From: Sumerlaeia bacterium
Lineage (GTDB): Bacteria; Sumerlaeota; Sumerlaeia; SLMS01; JAHLLQ01
Assembly: GCA_040219255.1 (NCBI GenBank)
Contig: JAVJSW010000001.1
Location: 1-64,000, forward strand
Length of the DNA: 64,000 nt
Direction of reading: 5' to 3'
A program made the translations under genes and the position numbers. Shown one piece after another: positions 10,326-20,694 of this stretch. Each line of letters starts with the position of its first letter. Within the stretch, counting starts at the first letter, position 1. The notes below the pieces were generated by a model that saw nothing but the letters and a program-made list of their open reading frames with translations, searched no databases and had not been told where the DNA came from.

Positions 10326-12285
10326 CCGGGTTCGGTTTTTCCGAGCGCAGCACGCCTTGCACCATCAGGCGAAGAACGTGATAAACGCTTGTGTCGAGTT
10401 TCCGGCTCCTCCCTAGCGGTTGACTCAGGTGTGTTTCCACCACCGCGTGGGTTTCCGTGTCGAACTCGACCAAGAGGAACTCGTCCCGCAAGAACGCCCG
10501 ATTCCGCTCGCGCAGCATTTCGAACTCGTATTCGCGGCCCTCATAGCGCGCGAAGCACCAATCGGCATCCGCCCTTCGCTCCATAAAGAACCCGTCTTCC
10601 CGCGCCCGTTGCCACTCCAGACGGTCATTGAAAAAACGTGGTTTCACCAATTGCGGGCCGCCCGGCTGGGGGCAGTAGGTTTGGCAGTTGGAACACTCAT
10701 TGCACCAATCGGCGAAGTTCGCCAACTGATGCTCTTTCTTCACGTTCAGCACGCCATCGTCGTGCAGATGAAAGCCGAAGTCGGGGCTGTATTGGACTTC
10801 CTGGACTTTGAATTCGCCGGGGACGATTTCGAAGGAGAACATCGCGTCGTTCGGGCAGACGGGAATGCACTTATCGCAGTTGATGCAATCGAAGAATTCC
10901 AGCGGCGGCTTGATCTTTTTCGGCTCTTTGCTATTACGCGCGTAGCTATAGCGATCATCGGCCTGCACTGCTTCGGCGTAGGCGCGCCAGTTCTTGGCGG
11001 TGGCTTCGGCGAGGGACACATCGACCCCGAGGCCAGCCCGGTGGCGGATATAATCGGCAACGCAGCCAGCGCCCGCTTCGGCCATAGAGGCCTTCAAATT
11101 CTCGAGATACGCGGTCATGCGGCCGTAGCCACCGGGCTTCAGCAAGTCCGTGCAGGTCGTGATCGGCGTGCAGCCGCAGGCCACCATATCGGGGAAATTT
11201 GCTGCGTCGACGCCGGCGCTGAAGGAAAGCGGCGCCTGCCAATCCATCGCGTCGCGCCATTTTGCCGCCAGGGTGCTCGTGATCACGTGCAGCGGCGCGC
11301 CGGACAGGTAGATGACCCGCTCGCTCTTGGGCAGCACGCCCTCGTCGTTGATGACTTCCAGAGTGTTGCTGAACTTCGCGCCCACATGCAGGCCCAGCGC
11401 GTCGCCCTTTGCCTTCAGCCGCCGCATCATTTCGAGCGATTCATCGAACGGCAGGCCGACCTCGTAGGCGTGCGGGTTTGTGCGCAATTCTTTGTAACCC
11501 AATGTTTCGCGCAGCAGACCCTCGACCCCGTCGCGCCCGAGCATAGTCGGGTTCATCTTCACGATGGTGTGCAGTCCGATGTCCTCCAGCAAGAATTCCA
11601 CGATCCCCTCGATTTCCTTGGGCGGGCATCCATGGAACGTCGAAAGCGTCGCGCTGCGCGACAGCTTCGGGTCCGGGCGGTGCTTCTTCAGGTGGGCGAA
11701 CTCGGCCGGGATTTCCTCGTCCAGCCGGTCGAAAACCGCCGTGGCGTCCATCATCGTCTTCAAGAATTCCACGACCCGCCGGCTCTTGATGCCCTTCAGG
11801 TCGTAACCGACGCTGATGTCCCAGATGACCGGGTCGTCCTCAGGGGCAAGGGGGTTCTCGCAGCCCAGAATGTTTTCGCCGCGCAGAATGCTGATTAGAT
11901 AGGCGCCGACGCAGTATTCGTAGATGGACTCTTCGATGCGCAGTTCCTGGCTCCACTCGGCGTTGTAGCCGATGTTGCGCACGTCGATGCACGGCCGCGG
12001 GATCGGCAGGCGATCCATGATCTGCACGGTCTTCAGCTCGAAAATGCGCCCGCCGGCCACATAAGCCAGCACAATGTTCTGAGCCATCTGCGTGTGCGGT
12101 CCGGCCGCCGGGCCGACGGGCGTGCCGGCCTTCATGCCGTGCATGGAAACGGACAGATCCGGTCCGCCTTTTTCCGGTTTGTACCAAACGCGTTCCGGCA
12201 GATCGTAAATCGCCTGGTGCGTTTTCGCCTCGGACATGAGGCGGCGGAGCTGAGCGGCAAAGGGCTGGGGACGAAGTTCACGCAC
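10303..12285 (-). CDS. YgfK-like oxidoreductase (N-terminal flavin barrel + 2x[4Fe-4S]) lacking the central GltD-like FAD/NAD(P)H domain
   Basis: GPAAGPHTQMAQNI..AY..GGRIFELKTVQIMD, PRPCID, YNAEWSQEL, TLSTFHGCPP.EIE, KMNPTMLG, DLLKPGGY; CINCDKCIPVCP and CNECSNCQTYCP. Confidence 0.85.
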   Translation of the reverse strand: MRELRPQPFAAQLRRLMSEAKTHQAIYDLPERVWYKPEKGGPDLSVSMHGMKAGTPVGPAAGPHTQMAQNIVLAYVAGGRIFELKTVQIMDRLPIPRPCIDVRNIGYNAEWSQELRIEESIYEYCVGAYLISILRGENILGCENPLAPEDDPVIWDISVGYDLKGIKSRRVVEFLKTMMDATAVFDRLDEEIPAEFAHLKKHRPDPKLSRSATLSTFHGCPPKEIEGIVEFLLEDIGLHTIVKMNPTMLGRDGVEGLLRETLGYKELRTNPHAYEVGLPFDESLEMMRRLKAKGDALGLHVGAKFSNTLEVINDEGVLPKSERVIYLSGAPLHVITSTLAAKWRDAMDWQAPLSFSAGVDAANFPDMVACGCTPITTCTDLLKPGGYGRMTAYLENLKASMAEAGAGCVADYIRHRAGLGVDVSLAEATAKNWRAYAEAVQADDRYSYARNSKEPKKIKPPLEFFDCINCDKCIPVCPNDAMFSFEIVPGEFKVQEVQYSPDFGFHLHDDGVLNVKKEHQLANFADWCNECSNCQTYCPQPGGPQLVKPRFFNDRLEWQRAREDGFFMERRADADWCFARYEGREYEFEMLRERNRAFLRDEFLLVEFDTETHAVVETHLSQPLGRSRKLDTSVYHVLRLMVQGVLRSEKPNPVTAVAGT

Positions 12286-12480
12286 GGTCGGTCTGGGGCC
12301 TCGCTTTCGAATTCAAATGAGCCAACGCAAGAGCACAGCAAACGCCCGCCGGGCGCTCAAGTGCTTTTCGGCGCTGGAGCGCTCAAATGACAAGTCCGGC
12401 CGCTTCGAGCTGCGGCTTGCGTCCAAGGCGCCCCGGTGGGAGGCTGATTCTTTACTCCCCCCCCACGGACCCACGCCCCC

Positions 12481-12834
12481 ATGCTGACCGATGCTGAGCG
12501 CGCCGAAATCAAGGCCCTGATCGAATCGGAAATCGAGGACATGAAAAACCGCCTCGATCAGTTGAAGGAGCGCACCGGCCCCGTCGAGCCGGACGCGGCC
12601 ATTGGCCGGCTGAGCCGGCTGGACTCGATGATCAACGCGGGCACGGTGAGCATGGCGATGGAGGAGACGCGCAAGCGGCTCGGCAAGTTGCGCGATAAGC
12701 TGACCCAGATCGACGACCCGGATTTTGGCCAATGCGCCAATTGCGGCCAGCCGATCGCGATGGAGCGGCTGCGCGTGGCGCCCGAGCGGGGCGTTTGTAT
12801 GCCATGCCTGCGTCAGTTGCGCAAAGGCCGCTGA
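12481..12834 (+). CDS. TraR/DksA family C4 zinc-finger protein
   Basis: Coiled coil with AIGRLSRLD, then FGQCANCG...ERL..AP....CMPC. Confidence 0.9.
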   Translation: MLTDAERAEIKALIESEIEDMKNRLDQLKERTGPVEPDAAIGRLSRLDSMINAGTVSMAMEETRKRLGKLRDKLTQIDDPDFGQCANCGQPIAMERLRVAPERGVCMPCLRQLRKGR

Positions 12835-12854
12835 CGCAGGCGCGGTAAAGGCGA

Positions 12855-15800
12855 TTAGCCGCGGTAGAGCGGGTCGGCGCCGATGGTACCGACAAGGCTC
12901 CGGAGGTAATCGTAGGATTTGACGCGGTCGAGTTGGCGCTTGGCGGTTTCAAGGCGTTTCTGAATCTCGAGGCGCCGGGCCACTTCGGCGTGGCTGCGCA
13001 TCGCCAGGAAGTTCTGGAGCGAGGCGACATGGCGTGCCCAGAGTTCCTGGTCGCGGTGGGCCTTGGTGAGCAGCCGTTCCTGATACCAGTCGCTCTTGAG
13101 CAGGTATTCGCGCGTGAACATCTGGCGGACTTCCGGGTCGTGGGCAGTCTTGCCGTTCCAGGAGCCGGTGGCCATGATGTGGATCAGGGCCTGGATGGGG
13201 GGCACGGCGCCGGCGACGCTGCCGTCGTCGAGGTAGTTCTTGGCGACGCGTTGCTGGGCCTCGGTGATGTTCTTCACGCCATCGATAAAGGCTTCCATGT
13301 TCTGCTTCTCGGGGTGCAGCATGCGGTCGTCGAAAACGACGTCGGGGCTGTCAAAGATGCGGCCGAGGAATAGGCGGCAGAAGTTTTCGGTGATGCGCCA
13401 ACCGAGGCGGCTGGCGTGGACCGTCTCGCCGTTGACTTCCATATCGTCGATGCGTTCGAGGCAGCGGTTCTTGATCAGGAACTCGGGCTGGCGCTCGTGG
13501 GGAGCGAGGCGGGACCAGATTTCCGGCACCAGCAGGCTGATGTCGTGATCGACGCGGTATTCCTCGCCCACATAGCCAGCGGCCGTCGAGAAGCCCGCGT
13601 AGCCGGTGAGGATAAAGGACACAAGGGCGGAGTTGAGATCGGCGGTGGCATGGATGGCGTTGAAGGGTCCCTTGGTCAGGGCGCCTTCGCTGCCGGCGCC
13701 GGTGGTCGAGGGCGACTTGCCGGTGAGCGAGCAGATGAAATCCATGAAGAGTTCGGGAAGTTCCTGATAATGGATGGGGTTATAGACCGCCAGGGGCCGT
13801 ATGCCGGCCTTCACATCGACCGGGTTGTTGCGCCGGCCGGGAAGAACGGCGGTCACGGGATGAACGAGGCGCTGGTTGGCGGGAACGCGGCGGTTGAGGC
13901 GCACGCTGACATCGGCGAGGTAGGTGTCGCGGGCGTTGATGTAATCGGGGCGCACCTGAAGATAGCGGGGGTTTTTCGAGGGTTTGCCGTCGACGATGCG
14001 GGGATGGGCGCTGCTGACGACGAATTCGCCCTCCGGCCCATCGGCGGTGGAGGCGAGCAATTCCTGCATCAGCCGGGTGTATTGGGAATAGCCAAGGGCT
14101 TCATCGCGGATGTGGCGGGCGTCTTCCGTGGTGAGGGGCTCGAAATTCGACAGGAAGTTGTCTTCGCTGGCGATGTCGGCTTCGGCCTGATGATCGACGC
14201 CGCGGTTGATGGCTTCGTCGGGGCGCTGGAAGAGACGGTTCTCGCAGTTCACGGCGACCTTCAGGCATTCGAAGACCTCCTCCGGATCACGCGTCGCCAG
14301 CAGGTTCGCGGGCACCACGGTGGAAACCGTGATATCGTCCTCCATCTGGACCTTGGCGGCGGCGATGAAGTCCTGGCGCATTTTGAACGTGCGCCAGCCG
14401 CCATTGCGGGCGAAACCGATCCGCAGGAACTGGCCCACCAGTTCGCGGCCCTGATGCTTGAGCGCGTGACCCGGTTGCCCGTTGACGAGGTCGGCGGTGA
14501 ATTGGCTCTTCCAATCCGTGCCCCATTCCTCGCGATAGAACCGCTTGATGATATAAACCACGGCCTTGATGTAATCGGGGATCGAGCGCAGCCAGTCGTT
14601 GTAGTCCCGCGTGTACTCCTCGCTGGGGGTGAGAAGCTTGATGACGGAACCGACGGAACGGCGGCTGCTGAGCAACCGGCGCGAAGGCTCTTGTTTCTCG
14701 ATCTTCTCTTCGAAGCGGTCGCTGTAATCCTTGTCGATGATCTCTTCGACGAGGCGGATGTCGCGCTCGTAATCGCCGACGAAAATCGGGCCGTAGATCA
14801 CGAAATCCAGGATCGACTTGCTAATCTCGCTCTTGCCGCCACCCGAGACGGTACAGGGCTTGTGGCAGTAGGTCGCCTCTGGCGCCGTGCCCACCAGCCG
14901 CCACGAAGGCGCCGCCTGGTGTTTCAGCATTTCGACCCGGTAGCCGGAGGGATGGACGTAGACGTGGCCCTTGCGGATCGGCAGCGCGTGCTCCTGGCCG
15001 TTATGGACCCATTTCACGGTCTGCGTGCCCAGATCCATTTCCGCGTCTTCCGGGATGTAGAAAACCGAGTCCGGGAACTGCATGTCCACGCCATAACCCT
15101 CGGGCCTCATGGTGAAGAGGGTGCCTTCGTAGCTGTTCGCCTGCGCCTCGAATTCGAAACCCGGTGGCACGCGCGAATCGCTGCGGAACTGATCGCCCCA
15201 GTTGTACTGGGGGAAAACGAGGGCCCCGCCGGCATGCTCTTCTTCGCAGCCGCCAATCAGATTCGCCGCGTAGCCGATCTGGGTTTTGACTTCTTTCTTG
15301 CAGTAGCCGAAATAATTGTCGGCGATAAGCGTCACGACCAAACCTTCGTCCGTGCGGCAGGTGCACTTGAAGGCCGAGCCGTCGTTGTACAGTTCCGCCT
15401 CGTGTTCCCAGCACATGCCTTCGCGGCGCTGGCGGGCCGTGGCTTCGCTGATGTGGGGCAGGCCCAGTTCCTTCTTGGTCACATGATTGAGGTGCGGCGC
15501 CAGGATCACGCAGCCCGTGCAACCGACCCAGTGATCGGTGTCCAGTGCGGCGTCGTTCTCCGGCAGATGCGGATCGCCGCCGTTGCCGAAAATGCTTTCC
15601 ACAAAGTCCAGATTGCAGACCAGGCTGCCCGGCGCGAAAAAGCGCGTTTCCATGGTCTTGTGGGGCGACGCGCCGGGGACTTCGGGGCAAACCAGCGGCC
15701 GCAGCAGAAGAGAGACCCAGGCCTCCGCCTGCTCCTCTTCCTCGGCCAGAAAGGGAAGGCGCAGCATTTCCGCCGGCGCCTGGAAGGCCTTCGTCAGCAT

Positions 15801-16343
15801 CCGGGCGAAGGTCGCCTTGGGCACCGCCCGCTTGTCCAGCGGGATCGGCAGGCCGCCCTCGGCCACATGGAACACGCCCTTGGTCGTGCGGCGGTCGTGG
15901 CGCGGGTTGTGGAGCACGCCGTTCTTCACCCGGTAGGAATCGACGAGTTCGCTGCGGAAATGATTTCCTTCCACCGGCAGCGACAACTCGCGGGCCAGCC
16001 CGACGCGGTCCAGCGTCAACGTATTCCAAGGCAGACGGGGCCGAGTCACCGGCCGGCCATGGCTGTTGCCGTCCTCATTGATGACATCCTTCAGGTGGGA
16101 ATCGAGAAAAGCCTGGATGCGCTGATCCGCGGGGCAAAGCTGGCCCGCCAGTTGGCGATTCTTCTCCTGATGGTTGCGCACCAGTTCCTCGGTCATTTCC
16201 AGGAACTCGCGGCTCGCTTTGTGGTACGACGGCAAACCCATCGTCGCCAGTTTGAGGCTGATATATCGGATCAAGTGCCGGCGTTGTGCGCGATGGAAAA
16301 CCTGATCCGCGGTCGGGGTGGCCGTGGGCGAGAGGACAGTCAT
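12855..16343 (-). CDS. Pyrophosphate-dependent PEP carboxykinase (PPi-PEPCK)
   Basis: About 1160 aa. NGVLHNP..DRRTTKGVFH, ADNYFGYCKKEVKTQI, EEEHAGGA, HKPCTVSGGGKSEISK, LTGKSPSTTGAGSEGALTK. Confidence 0.88.
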   Translation of the reverse strand: MTVLSPTATPTADQVFHRAQRRHLIRYISLKLATMGLPSYHKASREFLEMTEELVRNHQEKNRQLAGQLCPADQRIQAFLDSHLKDVINEDGNSHGRPVTRPRLPWNTLTLDRVGLARELSLPVEGNHFRSELVDSYRVKNGVLHNPRHDRRTTKGVFHVAEGGLPIPLDKRAVPKATFARMLTKAFQAPAEMLRLPFLAEEEEQAEAWVSLLLRPLVCPEVPGASPHKTMETRFFAPGSLVCNLDFVESIFGNGGDPHLPENDAALDTDHWVGCTGCVILAPHLNHVTKKELGLPHISEATARQRREGMCWEHEAELYNDGSAFKCTCRTDEGLVVTLIADNYFGYCKKEVKTQIGYAANLIGGCEEEHAGGALVFPQYNWGDQFRSDSRVPPGFEFEAQANSYEGTLFTMRPEGYGVDMQFPDSVFYIPEDAEMDLGTQTVKWVHNGQEHALPIRKGHVYVHPSGYRVEMLKHQAAPSWRLVGTAPEATYCHKPCTVSGGGKSEISKSILDFVIYGPIFVGDYERDIRLVEEIIDKDYSDRFEEKIEKQEPSRRLLSSRRSVGSVIKLLTPSEEYTRDYNDWLRSIPDYIKAVVYIIKRFYREEWGTDWKSQFTADLVNGQPGHALKHQGRELVGQFLRIGFARNGGWRTFKMRQDFIAAAKVQMEDDITVSTVVPANLLATRDPEEVFECLKVAVNCENRLFQRPDEAINRGVDHQAEADIASEDNFLSNFEPLTTEDARHIRDEALGYSQYTRLMQELLASTADGPEGEFVVSSAHPRIVDGKPSKNPRYLQVRPDYINARDTYLADVSVRLNRRVPANQRLVHPVTAVLPGRRNNPVDVKAGIRPLAVYNPIHYQELPELFMDFICSLTGKSPSTTGAGSEGALTKGPFNAIHATADLNSALVSFILTGYAGFSTAAGYVGEEYRVDHDISLLVPEIWSRLAPHERQPEFLIKNRCLERIDDMEVNGETVHASRLGWRITENFCRLFLGRIFDSPDVVFDDRMLHPEKQNMEAFIDGVKNITEAQQRVAKNYLDDGSVAGAVPPIQALIHIMATGSWNGKTAHDPEVRQMFTREYLLKSDWYQERLLTKAHRDQELWARHVASLQNFLAMRSHAEVARRLEIQKRLETAKRQLDRVKSYDYLRSLVGTIGADPLYRG

Positions 16344-16672
16344 TCTTGTGAACCTTCTTCTTCTGCCAAGGGAGGGATTGGGTCGCGCCAAGGTCCCATG
16401 AGGCCCCGGACGCCGCCCCCTTCTACGGCGTGAGGACGGCGTCCGCCAGCGGAATCGGAGTTTGATGACAAAAAGGATGCATTTTGTCTCTCAATTGCCG
16501 CGCAGCCCCTCACCAAGGCCCCGAATAGTCCCGCTCCACGGCTCTGATGCCACCGGTCTCTCCTTCGAGAAATGCCTGACGACCCCTGCCCTCGGTCTTG
16601 TCAGGAGGTCGAAAAAAACCATGCCATGAAAAAAATTGCGCGCTTATCTCTCCTCGTCCTCCCTCCCGATTT

Positions 16673-17575
16673 TCATCTTCGGCGCCTGTAAACGCGAAAG
16701 CCGACCAATGTCATGACCAGAGAGAAGAAACCCAGGATGCCAGCCCAGAAGGCGACCGCGCCGCTATTTCTCTTCGGTTCATCGGTGCCACCGGACCGGT
16801 CGATCATAGGTGGCGCGACTGGCGGAATTTCCTCCCGCCCCTTCGTTGGCGCGGCCAATCCATCGACCTCGGACAAATCCAACGAATCGACGACGGACAG
16901 TGTTTGCTTTACATCGTGTTCCTGAACGGCTTGCCTCGCCCTCAGACCGGCCTTTGTCTGAGGAAACATCGCAGCAATCTGCCGTAACTCTTCCAGCGTT
17001 GAGTCCTCGATGATAAAAATAACCAATCGTTCATACTCCTTCTTTAAATTCTCAACGTGGAAGCTTCCAATCCGTTCTCTCTCCCAATCTTCCAACGGTA
17101 CGGGGCGGCCATCTATTACTCCTTGGATCGCCCGAATCCCAAACACATCTTCGGCACTCATACCGCCTTCGCAATATTGAGTTTCCTTCCCCAGGTATTC
17201 CAGCCGAAAATCCGTACGATCTTTAGCGCCAACTGCCAACCAACTCAAGACGGCAAAACTCATCGAGTTGTACTTGCCATCGAATTCTTTCCACGCCATG
17301 CGGTAATAGTGTTCCGCCAATTCCGAATCCCCCTCCTCCCGATGGTGATTGAGATTCGTAGAATACATGGAACCCAGGCGATAGTATATCTCCGCTTTCA
17401 GCGGGCTTTTCGGATTGGCTTCCAGCCAATCCAAAAAGTCCCGCTCGACTTGATCCCTGTCCCTGCCTTCCCAATCCTTGTAATGTTCATAGACATCTCG
17501 CAAGGCCTCCAAGTCCGATCCGTACAATGCCACTTGGGCGGTCAGAAAAAGCAGTAATAAAAAGGAGAGCTTCAT
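16673..17575 (-). CDS. Hypothetical exported helical (TPR-like) protein with C-terminal TM anchor
   Basis: Signal peptide MKLSFLLLLFLTAQVALYG; NPKSPLKAEIYYRLG; Pro-rich linker; TM followed by RRRR; lower GC. Confidence 0.7.
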   Translation of the reverse strand: MKLSFLLLLFLTAQVALYGSDLEALRDVYEHYKDWEGRDRDQVERDFLDWLEANPKSPLKAEIYYRLGSMYSTNLNHHREEGDSELAEHYYRMAWKEFDGKYNSMSFAVLSWLAVGAKDRTDFRLEYLGKETQYCEGGMSAEDVFGIRAIQGVIDGRPVPLEDWERERIGSFHVENLKKEYERLVIFIIEDSTLEELRQIAAMFPQTKAGLRARQAVQEHDVKQTLSVVDSLDLSEVDGLAAPTKGREEIPPVAPPMIDRSGGTDEPKRNSGAVAFWAGILGFFSLVMTLVGFRVYRRRR

Positions 17576-17921
17576 TGGGACCCGTTCTGGCCTCGGCGCT
17601 ATCGGAATTGCCCGAATAGAACATTTTAGAGTCGATGGCTGAGCGACAACAGAAAGTACAGCCATCCGGTCGTGTCAGGAGATTGTCAACGACCGACCGC
17701 TTATAAGCCATGCTCACAGCGCTCGCCCCTCCCGTCAACTGCGGCGACTGGATCCTCCTATTATGACGAAGTAAGGCCCTCATGCGCAAACCGCCCACCT
17801 CCATCCCGTGCGGACCGGTCGCGTTGCCAAGCGGCGGCCTTCTGGGGAGGCTACCGCTGCGGCGCCACTGGCGCGGGTCTTGCCACCCAGGAAACCGCAC
17901 CCACCCGGAAAGGCTCCGCCG

Positions 17922-18596
17922 ATGCCCCTCAAAGCCCTATTCTACGACCTCGACGGCACCTTGGGCGATACGCTGCCGGTGACTTACGTGGCGTTTCGCG
18001 CCACCTTCGAGCGCTTCCTCGGCCAATCGCCTTCCGACGAAGCGATTCACGAGTTGTTCGGTCCGACCGACGAGGGCATTCTGCGCGACCGTATTCCGGC
18101 GAATCGAGCCGACGAAGCCCTCGCCTTCTATCTGGAGCGCCAGGAAGCGGCGTTGCGCGAAATGGCGCCCGAGCCCTTCGAGGGTCTGCGGGAAGTCCTT
18201 GGCCGGCTCGCCGCCGCCGGTGTCACGCAAGGCGTCATCACCGGTAAGGGTCCGCGCTCCCTTGAGATGATTCTCCGAGAATGGAAGCTGGCGAATTTCT
18301 TCCGAACGTCCCTTCCTGGGTCTCCGGACGGCAACATCAAACCTCAGCGGTTGCGGGAGGCGATGGCCGAATGGGAACTCGAACCGGGAGAAACGGTCTA
18401 TGCCGGCGACTCGCCGAGCGACATCACCGACGCCCGCTCGGCGGGAGTCTTCGCCGTGGCGGCGGCCTGGGCCCCCGGTGCGCGGCGCGAGGATTTGCTG
18501 CGGCGCGAACCAGACAAGCTCTTCACCAACGTCCACGACTTCGCCGAGTGGGCCCTCGAGGCCGCCTCGGCGGGGAAGCCGTCGGTCGCCAACTGA
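17922..18596 (+). CDS. HAD family hydrolase (phosphoglycolate phosphatase-like)
   Basis: FYDLDGTL, VITGK, KP, YAGDSPSDI. Confidence 0.92.
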   Translation: MPLKALFYDLDGTLGDTLPVTYVAFRATFERFLGQSPSDEAIHELFGPTDEGILRDRIPANRADEALAFYLERQEAALREMAPEPFEGLREVLGRLAAAGVTQGVITGKGPRSLEMILREWKLANFFRTSLPGSPDGNIKPQRLREAMAEWELEPGETVYAGDSPSDITDARSAGVFAVAAAWAPGARREDLLRREPDKLFTNVHDFAEWALEAASAGKPSVAN

Positions 18597-18600
18597 TCCG

Positions 18601-20484
18601 CTAGAAGAACATCCAGCCGTCCGGGTCCAGGGGGCGTGCCGTGCCGTTGTAATAGGTCAGAGCCTTTTCCCAGGCCTTGCGCCCGGCGACGGCGCCCATG
18701 CGGCGCCCCGGGAAATCGTCGCCCCGCGGGTGGATCCCGCCCCAAAGGCGCGACAGCGACGCTTCGTCCGCCGCGTCGTAGTACGTCGCCCACTGCAACT
18801 GAAGCGATTCGCTCGGTCCCTGCTCGAACACCAGGAATTCGTCCTTGGGGCAATCAAACACGCCGAGGCCACCGGGAAAATACATGCTTCCGGTGAAGGC
18901 GGTCATCACCTCCGCGCCGGCCCGCGAGAAGGTCGAGTGGCCCGACACGTAACCGGCGAAGGGGGGCGTGACGAAGGTGTCACGCTGGTACGGAACCCAG
19001 TCCGCGCCCAGAATCCACGCGACACCGCTGTGTTGCGTATCCGGGTCCTCGGGGACGCCGGGCCAAGCCAGCACGGCGATCTCGCCAATGTGATCGGCCA
19101 GATGCGCATGGCGGCTTCCGCTGGTGGCGGAGTCGGCCGTGATGACCTCGATAACGCCGGGCTCCAGCAGGATCCCGTGCGGATCGTAGGAGGGGCCGCC
19201 GGGGTCGGAGGACTGACCGCGCGAGCACATGTAGCGAATCGCCGAAATAGGCCGCACATAGTCGTAGTACCCTTTGCACCCCCAAGCCGCGATGGCGGCG
19301 TCGTACATGGCTCCGTTGAGTGCGAGATAGAGTTTGGCGTCCCATTCCAGGGGATCGACGGCGAACCCCTCGCCGGTGATGATGAGCGATTGGGTCTGAT
19401 CGGTGACGTAATTCGCCAGCGTGTTCCAGTGGCCCGGCGGGGTCTCCGAATCCGGCCCGTCCGCCCAGAATTCGGCGATGCAGCGCGACCAATCGCCCAG
19501 CTTGACGAACTGGGGGGCATAGGACTGGCCGGTGACCGGATTTATCGGGTGGCCCGTGCCGTCGTTCGTGGCGAGGGGATTGTTGCCTCGGCTGGCGGGG
19601 CTGATGTCGATCGTTTCCGAAAGGTCGGGGGACATCTTCGCCTGAAGCCGAACGAGGTCCGTGAACATGTCGCGGAACTCCAGGTCTTCCGCGGGTTCGA
19701 TGGGAAAGGCGGCGGTGTTGAGGAACGGCGGGCGGCCGGGATCGAGAAAGACGTCGCGGGGGCCTTCGTCGCTCGCGGCGAGGGCGAAGGGCGGCAACTG
19801 GCCCCAATGGGGGCCGAGGAAGTTCTGAATGCCGCCGGGCAGCGGATTGCCGGACTGATCGATGAAGGAGTCGAGGGCCAGCGGTTGCCAGCGGTTCGGA
19901 TTGCTGAGGAACCCGACGCCCGTCTCCTTGACGATCATTGGGGGATTGATCGGCGCATAACCGTTGTTGGGAGCGTATTCGTTTTGCTCGTTCGACAGAT
20001 CGGCCAGACCGTAGGCCTGGATGGTGAGCGCGATCCGATTGCCGATCGCCGCCGGTCTCTGACCCACGATGCCCACGTAGTCGGGATTGTAGCCGAGTTC
20101 GATCATCTTGGCGCGCAGGGGCGGCAGGGTCGTCGCGCGGCCCGGCGAATCGGCGAAGCGCGAAGTGATGAGGCGGTAGCAGGCGAAGCTCATCGTTTCC
20201 TCGCGAGCGGCCTGCAAATCGAACGGTTCGGAGACCTCCTCGGTCATCAGGTAAGGGGTGGCCGTCACGTCATAAATCGCCCAGGAATCCCAAACGGCGA
20301 TGGAGAAATGGAACAGATTGCGCGCGTGCGTCGTGGGCCGGGCGAAATCGCGGCGGATGACGTCGAGGAGCAGGTCGTTCCATTGGCGCGCCACCGTGTG
20401 GGGCCGTTCGCCCGCCGAGGCGATCGCGGGCAGAGTGCAAAGGAGGAGCAAACACAAGAATAACGATGTGAGACGCCGAATCAT
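18601..20484 (-). CDS. Secreted vanadium-dependent haloperoxidase / PAP2 superfamily protein
   Basis: Signal peptide; K.YYDYVRP, TPPFAGYVSGHSTFS, SRLWGGIH vanadate/phosphate-binding motifs. Confidence 0.88.
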   Translation of the reverse strand: MIRRLTSLFLCLLLLCTLPAIASAGERPHTVARQWNDLLLDVIRRDFARPTTHARNLFHFSIAVWDSWAIYDVTATPYLMTEEVSEPFDLQAAREETMSFACYRLITSRFADSPGRATTLPPLRAKMIELGYNPDYVGIVGQRPAAIGNRIALTIQAYGLADLSNEQNEYAPNNGYAPINPPMIVKETGVGFLSNPNRWQPLALDSFIDQSGNPLPGGIQNFLGPHWGQLPPFALAASDEGPRDVFLDPGRPPFLNTAAFPIEPAEDLEFRDMFTDLVRLQAKMSPDLSETIDISPASRGNNPLATNDGTGHPINPVTGQSYAPQFVKLGDWSRCIAEFWADGPDSETPPGHWNTLANYVTDQTQSLIITGEGFAVDPLEWDAKLYLALNGAMYDAAIAAWGCKGYYDYVRPISAIRYMCSRGQSSDPGGPSYDPHGILLEPGVIEVITADSATSGSRHAHLADHIGEIAVLAWPGVPEDPDTQHSGVAWILGADWVPYQRDTFVTPPFAGYVSGHSTFSRAGAEVMTAFTGSMYFPGGLGVFDCPKDEFLVFEQGPSESLQLQWATYYDAADEASLSRLWGGIHPRGDDFPGRRMGAVAGRKAWEKALTYYNGTARPLDPDGWMFF

Positions 20485-20694
20485 TTTGAACCGATCCGAG
20501 TGGTTGAGGGTTGCAATTGAGTAAGAAACCCGCATCCCGAGGTCAAGTCAAGCCTGCCCGAAAGCAAAGCCGCTCTAATTCCGAAACGATGACGCGGCTT
20601 TCCCTTGAGCCTTTCGACCCGGTTTGCATGATCGACGGTTGACCTTGCGCAAGTACGCGGCAAGCCCACCCCTTCAGAGGATAGCCCCTTCCCT

